Positions 40,384 through 49,172 are shown, numbered from the stretch's first letter. The stretch: DNA of 64,000 nt from a virus (IMGVR_UViG_3300019874_000002:54720-118719); one strand, 5' to 3'. Program-made: numbers and translations. Notes: generated from the letters alone by a model not told the origin.

Positions 40384-42435
40384 TTAATTCAAATCAATCT
40401 CAAAAAAGTCCATATCAATTGATTTCTTGACACTGCCCAATTGATCATGGTGTGCAGACACAATATTTTTCGCACCTGACAGTCCGTCCGCTTCACCGAG
40501 CTTTTGGAACGTTTGACCTCCCCCAGGTTTATAGCTCACAGATGCACGATTAACGACCTTATCGTGACTGATCGAGTACATCCCATGAGTCGCAATACCT
40601 GCGTGATAATCAGTTGCAGGTGACTTCATCGTTCGTTTGAAACTGACAGTACCGTGAAATGGTTTGGGGCCAGAACCAGAACCGCCTTTATACAAATCGT
40701 TATCTCTCACAGATGAATGCACGCTGGACTCCCAATCGTTTTGCTTCAGGAAACGAATGTTGTCGTCCTCTTCGTGAGATTCGTCTTGAGGTTTTGAACC
40801 TCGCGCCATTGCACCAAGCTTTTTACCAGCATCTTTCGCCGTCGGAGATGGCCCGTCTCCAGCATTGCCAAAACGGTTTGCGTACGGTTGCTCTGGAGGC
40901 TGTTCCTCGTCACCACCTTCATCACCACCAGGAGCGCCCATTCCAGGCGGCATTCCGCCAGCACCTCCGCCTTGCTGTTCTGCCATTTCCTTCTGCATGA
41001 GATACTGAAGGTAAACAGGATTGGCGATCACATCACCATGCTTCACTGGACCGACATCATCCAATGCGCGCAGCTCATTGATAGTGACGTGCGTTTGACC
41101 TTGCTTCTGGCGCAGCTCTGCAGCTTGTTCCTCACTCTTCGCATCGAGACCTACGAGCACAAACTCAAAATCCTCATCGATACGGTCAACGATGTTCCGA
41201 TTGATGAAGGTTTCAAAGAAGCGAAGGAGAGGCTTTAATCCTCTGTCCTTTGAAAGCTTCTGCTGAGCTTCGTTATTGCCCATGAACACTGGTTGCTGAC
41301 CACCAGCGCTCCCACGCAAATCAAAGTTAATCTCGCTTGGATCCATCTGATACAGCGCACAAGCCACCTTCACCAGGTACTCCACCCACATCTGGTAACC
41401 CATCTCCGTATTGGACATCTGCATCTGCTGGAATTCGACACCGTCCGAATTAATGATCGGTGTCCTCCAGGCATTGGTAATACCTCCAACCTGAGCCATC
41501 CATTGGCGCTTGAACGCGTCGTATTTCTCCTTCGAGATATTACCTTTCAGATTCAGGATGCCTTTAATCGTGCTTCCCTGCGAGAACGCTTTCTTATTCC
41601 ATTCCTGCGCCCAAATATGCGCCGTCACAATTTGAATCAAAATCTGCGGCTCTGGAAAGCCGTACCCTCCGACCTTTAGATTAGACCTTGGATTGCGTAT
41701 CCCGAAGGAAAGGGTTCTCGGCGTGAAATCGCGCAAAATCTCGCCATTAATCATCTGCACGTACATCACATGCGATTTCTCTTGAGAGCGCGCAATCGGA
41801 TGGCCCTTCGGATTCGTCTTCGTTTGATCTGCAATCCTAACCGTAGACGGATCCATTACAAGCGTTTCATGAAGCTTGCCACCACGATTATAGACGTTCT
41901 CCATGTTGACTTGGTCATACGTCAATGAATCGCGCGTCATCATCTTCATTGCATCAATCAATGGAGCGCGTGTAATATTCTTCTCAGCGCCCATATGTTG
42001 AACGTAGTAACCAACCTTCTTCGAACGGTCACGTTCGCCGTTGTCCATCCTACGATTGCGCTTGTCCTTGTCTTTGAAGCGCACCATATTGCCAACGCTG
42101 TACTTATTCTCTTGCTCCTGGCAAAACGTACTCATCTGATTATTACGTGTTGTCACGATTGAGCCAAGCAGCGTGTCTTGCTCTGTCATTTGACGAAGCG
42201 TCTCGTATGTAATCCTCGCTGGATTGGACCTGTAGCCCATTCCAATAGAATCAATCAGTGAAAAAGGATCGGCGTAGAACCCTTGCGGTTTCGCTTCTTG
42301 CGGCGGAGGTGTCGCCAGATCGTGCAAGGATTTTGCAATCTTCTGAAACAGCTCTCCAGTAGCTTCGTGAATTGCGTGCTTGACCTGAGGCTGTAATCCA
42401 GCTTCGATCTCTGCAATTGGCGTCTGCTCCACCAT
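40384..42435 (-). CDS. Portal protein with C-terminal extension
   Basis: TYETLRQM, RDSLTYDQ, DPSTVR, RNPRS...GYG..E, FSQG...KGIL, NAWRTPI, DPSEINF, SKDRGLKPLL, TINELR. Confidence 0.92.
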   Translation of the reverse strand: MVEQTPIAEIEAGLQPQVKHAIHEATGELFQKIAKSLHDLATPPPQEAKPQGFYADPFSLIDSIGMGYRSNPARITYETLRQMTEQDTLLGSIVTTRNNQMSTFCQEQENKYSVGNMVRFKDKDKRNRRMDNGERDRSKKVGYYVQHMGAEKNITRAPLIDAMKMMTRDSLTYDQVNMENVYNRGGKLHETLVMDPSTVRIADQTKTNPKGHPIARSQEKSHVMYVQMINGEILRDFTPRTLSFGIRNPRSNLKVGGYGFPEPQILIQIVTAHIWAQEWNKKAFSQGSTIKGILNLKGNISKEKYDAFKRQWMAQVGGITNAWRTPIINSDGVEFQQMQMSNTEMGYQMWVEYLVKVACALYQMDPSEINFDLRGSAGGQQPVFMGNNEAQQKLSKDRGLKPLLRFFETFINRNIVDRIDEDFEFVLVGLDAKSEEQAAELRQKQGQTHVTINELRALDDVGPVKHGDVIANPVYLQYLMQKEMAEQQGGGAGGMPPGMGAPGGDEGGDEEQPPEQPYANRFGNAGDGPSPTAKDAGKKLGAMARGSKPQDESHEEDDNIRFLKQNDWESSVHSSVRDNDLYKGGSGSGPKPFHGTVSFKRTMKSPATDYHAGIATHGMYSISHDKVVNRASVSYKPGGGQTFQKLGEADGLSGAKNIVSAHHDQLGSVKKSIDMDFFEIDLN

Positions 42436-42441
42436 TTGTTT

Positions 42442-43569
42442 TCACCCAATGCGACTGACGTTTGGTGCTGATTTACTCAAGTCATAGTACGGCGCTTTAT
42501 CAATTGGATGCTCGTCAGGATTCGCTCTGATGTCTTTCACCTTTGCACGCAATGTCTGAGCTGCAGCATGATTGCCTTCCTTCTCCGCATCACCAGCAAC
42601 AGCTTCCATCGCACCAACGCCGCGAGCATGTGCTTCGTGCTCGGCTGCAGCGTGTGAGTGATTTTGAGACATATTGCGATGATTCAAATGCTCGCTGTAA
42701 TGATTTACGTCAGGTGCGTAGTTACCAGTCCTTCGCTCTTGCGCCGCTGCAGCGTAATGCTTTGCTGATTCGCCTGCATGGTGCGTCGCCTTCTCCCTGT
42801 GGTACGCTGCAATGTCAATATTCTTTTCTGGCGTCAAATGGTGCCCAAGCTCTGTTTCAATCGGCGCCCAGTGCTCACCTGCAAACTTATGGTGAATTGA
42901 ATCAGACGCAGGACCCTCTTTAATCTCCGGTCCATACGATCCAAAACGAACGTGGTGTGTGTTCTTGATTTCGTGTCCACCAGACGTTTTGTCAACTGTC
43001 TTTTTTTCTCGTGCGCCTTCCTTCTTTATACGCGAACGCTCTTTGCTCTCTGCAGCCTTTGCCGCTTTGGCTTCGCGTTCCTCTGAAGGAGTTTGCTTGC
43101 CTTCACCCTTTGCTTTATGAGCTGCAGCAATATGATGGTGGAAGGCTCTGACCTTATCGCTATTGCTGTAGTTCAAAGCTTCTTTACCGTGGTGCTGCGC
43201 AGCGTCTGAGTGCTCCTCGGTTGTATAATCCTTCGCTGCACGACGGACATGACTCGCTGCATGTTCTGCCAGCTTTCCTTCGGCAGTCTTCTTCTGCAAA
43301 TTGACATGGCCTCTCATGTACTCTGTTGCCGATTCAGACGGAGCGTAAACAGCTTTTCCGCTCTTGGTGTGTCCAATCACCTTCCCTCCTCGAGACCCCT
43401 CACCATCTGCTTTAATCAGTAGCGACTTGACCACAGGAATTTTGGTTGTTTTCGCTGTCGATGCTGGCGTAGGATTGACTGTAGTTTTTCTGTTTGGCGT
43501 ATCAGGAAGAATCGGCGCCGCTCCTTGGCGAGTCGCTTTCGATTCACTTGATTCAGGCTTTGGCGTCAT
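42442..43569 (-). CDS. His/Ala-rich internal head protein (probably the -1 frameshift extension of the upstream gene)
   Basis: LLIKADGEGSRGGKVIGHTKSGKAVY; no clear RBS at 43569; frame open upstream to about 43710. Confidence 0.6.
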   Translation of the reverse strand: MTPKPESSESKATRQGAAPILPDTPNRKTTVNPTPASTAKTTKIPVVKSLLIKADGEGSRGGKVIGHTKSGKAVYAPSESATEYMRGHVNLQKKTAEGKLAEHAASHVRRAAKDYTTEEHSDAAQHHGKEALNYSNSDKVRAFHHHIAAAHKAKGEGKQTPSEEREAKAAKAAESKERSRIKKEGAREKKTVDKTSGGHEIKNTHHVRFGSYGPEIKEGPASDSIHHKFAGEHWAPIETELGHHLTPEKNIDIAAYHREKATHHAGESAKHYAAAAQERRTGNYAPDVNHYSEHLNHRNMSQNHSHAAAEHEAHARGVGAMEAVAGDAEKEGNHAAAQTLRAKVKDIRANPDEHPIDKAPYYDLSKSAPNVSRIG

Positions 43570-43616
43570 TACTTCGCGAATCGATTCGCGCGGAATACGT
43601 TGCGTAACACTGTGTT

Positions 43617-43659
43617 CGCCAGTAATCGCCTTTTGGACTACTGGCGTTTCACAAAAGGG
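43617..43659 (-). promoter_or_regulatory. -1 programmed ribosomal frameshift signal
   Basis: In-frame C CCT TTT (43659-43653), 6-nt spacer, 11-bp stem CGCCAGTAGTC/GATTACTGGCG. Confidence 0.7.
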
Positions 43660-44408
43660 AGCAATGCCTTTACCACAGGCTTCATCGAATTTGCCATCGG
43701 CGGCTTGGCGTTAATCGGAGCCAATTGACCTTTAGGTGTCGGCGAAGGTTCCACGACTGGAGGTGCTTTTTGACCACCTTTTCCATACACCCAATCTGGC
43801 TTTGTGCCTTTCTCGATTCCTGCAGCTTCATACGCATCCTCTCCAACATGCATTCCGCCAGCCTTTAGGAAATCAAGCACGTCCTCGAGATCGTATTTGC
43901 GCTGCTTGCGTGGAGCGAAATGCATATCGCGAAGCGATTTGGCGACCCTATACGCGAGCGGCAACGGCTTGCCATCTCGCATCCGATCTGCCATCTCTTG
44001 CCCACAGTGCCTGGAGACTTCTCCTTGCGATTGCCATCGGAATTCGGACTTCACCATATCGCGCGTAATATCGCCTGCGATACGCTGAGCAATCGTCATA
44101 TCCTCATCGCCCAACGTGACGCGCTTCATTTGAATCATCGGCTCCATCGAGCCATACTCGTTCATCGTGCCAGGACTTCCGTTAACGCAAGGCGTAGCCA
44201 AATCGTCAATCTCGTCAGGCCCAAGCTCTGCAAGAGGTGCATAACCATACTTACGGTCAATACCGCTACCGCACAAAGCTGGCGCAGTACCAACCTCACA
44301 GGCTCCACCCTTTGCGGCGGCATTACCATCGTAATGAACGCAGCCTTCACATTTGCTGTTTGGAGTGACTGGTGTGCGTTGAATACGCAACTCTTGCAGA
44401 TCCATCAT
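43638..44408 (-). CDS. Head-cluster protein with N-terminal Cys cluster
   Basis: ATG 44408 overlaps upstream TAA; C..C.HY...C......C; MVKS, VAKS, IEKG, VVKA sites. Confidence 0.6.
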   Translation of the reverse strand: MMDLQELRIQRTPVTPNSKCEGCVHYDGNAAAKGGACEVGTAPALCGSGIDRKYGYAPLAELGPDEIDDLATPCVNGSPGTMNEYGSMEPMIQMKRVTLGDEDMTIAQRIAGDITRDMVKSEFRWQSQGEVSRHCGQEMADRMRDGKPLPLAYRVAKSLRDMHFAPRKQRKYDLEDVLDFLKAGGMHVGEDAYEAAGIEKGTKPDWVYGKGGQKAPPVVEPSPTPKGQLAPINAKPPMANSMKPVVKALLPFVKRQ

Positions 44409-44596
44409 TACTGAGGTCCTTCCTGCAGCGTACAGCTGAAATTGATACACGACCAATCATGTGTTGGGCATGTGCTAGCGTCACTCGGTCCACAGACATC
44501 GGACTCAGTTAACAAACGTCCACCATTAACAAAGCCAAACTTCTCAGTCGTGAGACTGCGAATAGTTTGCTTATTGAGATGTAGTGCTTTCTTCAC
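44408..44596 (-). CDS. Lanthipeptide-type RiPP precursor 1
   Basis: MKKALHLNKQTIRSL...VNGG then core with 4 Cys and many Ser/Thr; coupled to both neighbours. Confidence 0.75.
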   Translation of the reverse strand: MKKALHLNKQTIRSLTTEKFGFVNGGRLLTESDVCGPSDASTCPTHDWSCINFSCTLQEGPQ

Positions 44597-45030
44597 GTTG
44601 CTTCCCCTATGATTGCAACCTGCACGCGCGCAGGTGTTGTTGAGCTAGGATTTGAAAAGAATAATGCAGTGAGCGGAGCGATCACTGTCATCGGTCCCAT
44701 GAACACAATACCAGGCTGGGGATTCTTCTGGTACGGCAGAATTGGATCCGGTGTCGTCGCAGGATTTGGTTTCAAGCCAAGCGGCGATGATGTATTCAAA
44801 TTCACACGATAAGTAATCTCGCCTGACCAAACAATAATCAGCAAATATTTACCAGCTGCAACCTTCGGAAACACAACAGCTTGATTCGCAACACTCTGCG
44901 CAACAGTAACGATACCTCCATCCCACGTCGTTACTAGCGTGTCATCGATGATTTGGTTAAGATCCAAATCTCTGATCAACTGATCACTATCTTCTGACAA
45001 CAACGGTTTCAGTGTAACCATGAAACGCAT
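44593..45030 (-). CDS. Hypothetical, probable structural protein
   Basis: 145 aa, beta-rich, coupled to both neighbours. Confidence 0.5.
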   Translation of the reverse strand: MRFMVTLKPLLSEDSDQLIRDLDLNQIIDDTLVTTWDGGIVTVAQSVANQAVVFPKVAAGKYLLIIVWSGEITYRVNLNTSSPLGLKPNPATTPDPILPYQKNPQPGIVFMGPMTVIAPLTALFFSNPSSTTPARVQVAIIGEAT

Positions 45031-45239
45031 CAGGTATCGCCCTCACTCGCTAATATAGGGAGCTTTGGGAGCTTTGGGATATCCCTCCAAAACTTCGTCA
45101 CACCTCTACCAAACGTGAATGCGCTGATCATCTCCTTCATAGCTTCCATATCAATAAGAAACTTGTCAGGCAGAACTATAATCGGAGCACCGATAGCCTC
45201 ACCAAAACGACGACGTTTCCACAACGACGTCAAAGTCAC
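45030..45239 (-). CDS. WKRR-tagged small protein containing a major-capsid-like segment
   Basis: GGAGG RBS; TFGRGVTKFWRDIPKLP versus MCP TFSQGHMKLWKDIPKLP. Confidence 0.7.
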   Translation of the reverse strand: MTLTSLWKRRRFGEAIGAPIIVLPDKFLIDMEAMKEMISAFTFGRGVTKFWRDIPKLPKLPILASEGDT

Positions 45240-45439
45240 CTCAGACCTCCATTTTTCAAATCGGTATCCTCCAACCCATAAGCTTTTCTAATCATCCCAC
45301 TCTCTCCGGTAGCACGCATTGAACCACCACAATGACATTTGGTCCCCACCGTTGTCATCGTCGACGCGCCGCACGCGCCACAAGTGCAATCACGAATGGC
45401 TGATGATCGGTGGGGGGAACTGATCCGTGAGTTTGGCAT
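45236..45439 (-). CDS. Small zinc-ribbon protein
   Basis: CGACG...CHCGG; start at MPNSR assumed. Confidence 0.45.
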   Translation of the reverse strand: MPNSRISSPHRSSAIRDCTCGACGASTMTTVGTKCHCGGSMRATGESGMIRKAYGLEDTDLKNGGLR

Positions 45440-45716
45440 TTTCTGCAGCCTTTCTTTTACGGTCTTCGTTTTTCGTTTGCTCGACTTCTTCAGAATGCTT
45501 TTCAGCTGCGATCCTATCAAGCTCTTTCTGAGATTTCATCCCAGCAATTTGCATAAGAGTCATCGCTTGCTCTTTGCGATGTTCATTCAAAAGCGCAATC
45601 TCTTCACGTTCGTATGCTCTCTGAGCGTCGACAGCTTTCAACTCATTTAATTGAGCGTCCGCGACGAGCGAATAGAAATCGTCTGCGATCTCGTCATCGT
45701 CAAATTCTCCGCTCAT
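45390..45716 (-). CDS. Hypothetical helical protein
   Basis: 108 aa, coupled to upstream gene. Confidence 0.5.
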   Translation of the reverse strand: MSGEFDDDEIADDFYSLVADAQLNELKAVDAQRAYEREEIALLNEHRKEQAMTLMQIAGMKSQKELDRIAAEKHSEEVEQTKNEDRKRKAAENAKLTDQFPPPIISHS

Positions 45717-46003
45717 CCTACTTCAATCGCCTTAGCTTCAGAGATTGCCTTTTTGATAATGCTCACCAATTTCTCAGCATCTTCAATGCTCAACGCTGAT
45801 TCAACATGAACGTGTGTCGTCCCACAATGCAAATGAACGCACACTGCGCTAGCTTTCCCATTTTCAGACACAGACAAAATTCCGCCGTGCGCATGCCAAC
45901 CTTTTACAACAAGAGGGCTATCATACTTTCCCTGCGATAACGCGTTCTTGTTCCACGCGTTCCGCTCATTCACAAATTCAGTAGCTACTTCTGTGTTCGA
46001 CAT
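45713..46003 (-). CDS. Hypothetical protein
   Basis: 96 aa, AGGAG RBS. Confidence 0.5.
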   Translation of the reverse strand: MSNTEVATEFVNERNAWNKNALSQGKYDSPLVVKGWHAHGGILSVSENGKASAVCVHLHCGTTHVHVESALSIEDAEKLVSIIKKAISEAKAIEVG

Positions 46004-46004
46004 T

Positions 46005-46832
46005 TCAATCTCCTTTTATCTTCTTTTTTCGATTCCGATACGTGAGCTTCGTCGAAATCGTCTGCCCCTCTTCATCTTCCATCTGTGCGTCAATACTACC
46101 GTCTGGTGTTTGCGATGACAACACCGCCATTACCTCGAGTGCTCGGCCTCGAGTGTTCTTCCCTCCACCGAGGTGACCGACAAGCCGCGCAAGCTCTTTC
46201 TCTATCACCTCTCCGGCTCCTTGTCTCACGGTAAACTTCAAATCGAGGAGAGCATCGCTGTCGCTGGCGTCTCTCGTGAGAGGCTCTACACCAACCTCGT
46301 CGTCATCTGCGGCGATTGAAATAGTCTCCAATTCGAAATCAATACTGTTCAAATAGCTCTTAATCTCGTCCTCAGAATCAGGCAACCGCTCGGCTAGATA
46401 CTTTGCGTCAACATCATCGAACATCTTAATCATGTTCGCGAGATATTGCGGATACTTCTCCATATCAGGATCACCGCGATCGTAGTTCATTTGCGGTGTC
46501 ATCAGCATTGCACGCTTCGTACTGAGATACGAAACATCAACCTCAATCTCAGGATATCCCAAATCCTTGAACATTCGCCATCGGTGCTCGCCATCGATAA
46601 TCTGAAGAATTCGTTTCTTTCCAGGCCACGGCCGAACAGCAATCGGTGGAATACGCCCACCTTCCTCACGCGTCTCCTTCACAGCTAGCTTTGTTTTCTC
46701 GTACATCTGAGGAGACATTTTATTCATGTTCCATTTATTTGGACGACATGTCTCCAATGAAACAGTATGACCCCCTTCAGTCCAAACAGTTTTGGAAGGC
46801 TCATCTCCAAGATTAATCCTATAGACCTTCAT
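46005..46832 (-). CDS. ParB/Srx N-terminal domain protein
   Basis: PNKWNMN.M, PIAVR, QIIDGEHRWR, N..RG. Confidence 0.85.
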   Translation of the reverse strand: MKVYRINLGDEPSKTVWTEGGHTVSLETCRPNKWNMNKMSPQMYEKTKLAVKETREEGGRIPPIAVRPWPGKKRILQIIDGEHRWRMFKDLGYPEIEVDVSYLSTKRAMLMTPQMNYDRGDPDMEKYPQYLANMIKMFDDVDAKYLAERLPDSEDEIKSYLNSIDFELETISIAADDDEVGVEPLTRDASDSDALLDLKFTVRQGAGEVIEKELARLVGHLGGGKNTRGRALEVMAVLSSQTPDGSIDAQMEDEEGQTISTKLTYRNRKKKIKGD

Positions 46833-47182
46833 TTTTCAGATCGCACTTTGACGTAACCGCAAGCTGTTGCGATTTGGCCGCTTGTTCCTGGAAGCAAATT
46901 AGCCAAACGCAACCCACACTCTTTTGTAACAACAATCTCAACAACTCCTTGCTGATTCGTGGCCTCAAATAAACTCATTATAAATTCATTCAAATGATCA
47001 ACGAACGTTGTTGATAATCTTGGTGAAACTACCATCTGCTCCTCCGTTTGCGCGATAATCGGTTTACAGCTAAATTCGCAAGGTCGAATCGAAGTTATCG
47101 TCGGAAAATGCAAACCGTAATGCACGTTGTCTCTCGTCGCCACATGCTGCTCACACTTTGGGCAATATGGCATTGGCGTCAA
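46829..47182 (-). CDS. Hypothetical zinc-binding protein
   Basis: CPKC...H...C; ATGA-type overlaps. Confidence 0.45.
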   Translation of the reverse strand: MTPMPYCPKCEQHVATRDNVHYGLHFPTITSIRPCEFSCKPIIAQTEEQMVVSPRLSTTFVDHLNEFIMSLFEATNQQGVVEIVVTKECGLRLANLLPGTSGQIATACGYVKVRSEK

Positions 47183-47775
47183 TCTTTCGTATTCACAGGC
47201 AGCTCACCTTCACGTGAGGCGTGAATAAAGCTACGCGTAATCGTGTTTAGCCAAAGCCTCGCGTTCTCCCACGAATTCTGCAATACCGTTAGATCCAGAC
47301 CTTCCACGAAAACATACGTCAAAAACATAATCCTGGGAACTGGATTTTCAATAACGCATTCCGCGGAGATCTCGTGTCTCGGATTGCCTCCTCCAGAACA
47401 AATAATCCCCACCATATCAGCATTACAAATTTTGCATCTACGCTTCCCCTCCGGAAACAGAGGTATTGACATTGGTACAGCTAAACACGAAGTGACTCTC
47501 GGTTGAATTTGTTTTCCAAAACAATAATAATCATTGTGCCCATTAAACGTGTCAAACAGTTTGTTCAAACGGTTCGCAAAATCAGCTGATGCTTCTGGTG
47601 TCACTTCACGCACAATCCTCCCGTAGAAGAAGCACTCCTCCGAAAGAGACGTCCGTACATTTTTGAATATGTGACGCGCCCTATCTGACAAGTAAGGAGC
47701 AATCTTCGGCATCAAATCATCAACTCGAAGACTGTTCGCTGCAATCTGTGGCGTTGGATCATTACTGTTCGACAT
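47179..47775 (-). CDS. Hypothetical protein
   Basis: Start at MSNSND with GGAG RBS. Confidence 0.5.
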   Translation of the reverse strand: MSNSNDPTPQIAANSLRVDDLMPKIAPYLSDRARHIFKNVRTSLSEECFFYGRIVREVTPEASADFANRLNKLFDTFNGHNDYYCFGKQIQPRVTSCLAVPMSIPLFPEGKRRCKICNADMVGIICSGGGNPRHEISAECVIENPVPRIMFLTYVFVEGLDLTVLQNSWENARLWLNTITRSFIHASREGELPVNTKD

Positions 47776-48913
47776 GCGTCTCCTTCCGATCCCATTGCTT
47801 AACAATACGGCAAAACGTGCGGTAATTACTACGCACGAGATCTGGCTTATTAGGTCTATCGTCTTTCTCTAGATCACGCTCATTCCCATCTTCTTTCATC
47901 CTCTGGCCCCACAACGCCATGTACAGCGGTTTACCACTGACGTAGTAAACATCGCGCTCTCCAACGATACGACGCACATTATGGAAAAACGTTGGTGTTG
48001 ATGCACCCACAATCCAGAAGGCGACGTTTAATGGTGCAAAGCCATGCCAACGTTTAATCGCTTTCAGTACCCCAATCGAATTCCCTGTCTTTGCACTCCC
48101 TAGAAATTGCGCATTGAACATCACCTGAGGAACCTTTGCCAGAGCCTCCAGAATCAAATCCTCCAAACGCAATCCTGCACCATGATAGTACCCAGGATAA
48201 AAATGCGCCCTACTCCGCTCGAGCGCAACGCTCGTCCTGCAGAATTGATAATACTGATGCATCCGAGCGTCTGAATCGCCGTACGTCGAGAACGCCAAAG
48301 GCATCCAGTAGGAAATACCAACGCGCTCGTACAGCTCTGGATTATCGTAAAATTCAGCCTCCCATGCGCGCTCAAGCTGGTCATCGATATCCATCGTCGT
48401 CAGTATTATCTTCGTCTGCTTATTCAAACTCAAATAATCGTGCAAATCGTTTGAGACGAAACCCTTACCATTAGGCTGAGCTACCACCTTCATATTGGTA
48501 GCTATCACCTTGCTCTTTGCAAATGCATCTCCAGCAACACTCGCAAAATTGCATTTCTGTCCAAGCAATGCGATCGCCTTGGTCTTGAACGCCAGCCGAG
48601 GAACCTCCGAATAGGTATACTTTGGCGCATTCCAATTATTGGCGTTCTGCGTTACTGCATCGAGGTACATCTTTTTCAAGGGCGATCTACAGCAGATTGC
48701 GGTAACAGCGGCTTTATGTCCAGTGCAACTATGACACTCCTGGTAGCACCATTGAAATTCAGTGCTCAATCCGGCGCGATGCTTCTTCGTACAGCCTTCG
48801 CAACGTCCACCATTATTCACGTACAACGCACATTCACCACAATAGTCGTGCTGCGAACAATGCACCGGTTCGCGCTTCGTGTCTTGAATTACTTTAAGCT
48901 TTGGAAGATGCAT
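47762..48913 (-). CDS. Cys-rich N-terminal domain plus DUF4417-like domain
   Basis: Multiple CxxC; D..LE..W and WMPLAFSTYGD...YQFCRT resemble the DUF4417 PDFSxYxD...YR motif. Confidence 0.5.
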   Translation of the reverse strand: MHLPKLKVIQDTKREPVHCSQHDYCGECALYVNNGGRCEGCTKKHRAGLSTEFQWCYQECHSCTGHKAAVTAICCRSPLKKMYLDAVTQNANNWNAPKYTYSEVPRLAFKTKAIALLGQKCNFASVAGDAFAKSKVIATNMKVVAQPNGKGFVSNDLHDYLSLNKQTKIILTTMDIDDQLERAWEAEFYDNPELYERVGISYWMPLAFSTYGDSDARMHQYYQFCRTSVALERSRAHFYPGYYHGAGLRLEDLILEALAKVPQVMFNAQFLGSAKTGNSIGVLKAIKRWHGFAPLNVAFWIVGASTPTFFHNVRRIVGERDVYYVSGKPLYMALWGQRMKEDGNERDLEKDDRPNKPDLVRSNYRTFCRIVKQWDRKETHVEQ

Positions 48914-48922
48914 CGCACTTTA

Positions 48923-49117
48923 TCAATCTATTTTCTGCTTTGGCTCGTTCTTGTACAGATACGTACTTCCAGGTGGCAAGTGTGGTGGCCCCCCTCCGCC
49001 ACCGCCGCCACCTTTTCCAGGTTTCATCGCTTTCGATTTCGACCCTCCAGCGCCAGCTTTGACTTTCGCCTTTCCTACAGAAATCAATTTTGCTTTGGGT
49101 TTGATCTTGATCGCCAT
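48923..49117 (-). CDS. Small Lys/Gly-rich protein
   Basis: 64 aa, AGGAG RBS, Gly8 run. Confidence 0.55.
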   Translation of the reverse strand: MAIKIKPKAKLISVGKAKVKAGAGGSKSKAMKPGKGGGGGGGGPPHLPPGSTYLYKNEPKQKID

Positions 49118-49172
49118 GGTGTCTCCTTTGTTACCCGGTATTCGAGGGACCTTTATCGCACAAATTTGCTCG

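Noticed and set aside
47762-48913. Radical SAM maturase for the Cys-rich peptides
   Set aside because: CYQECHSC fits CxxxCxxC spacing, but it sits within a larger N-terminal Cys cluster and no other radical SAM motifs were recognised; the remainder looks DUF4417-like. A profile search would settle it.
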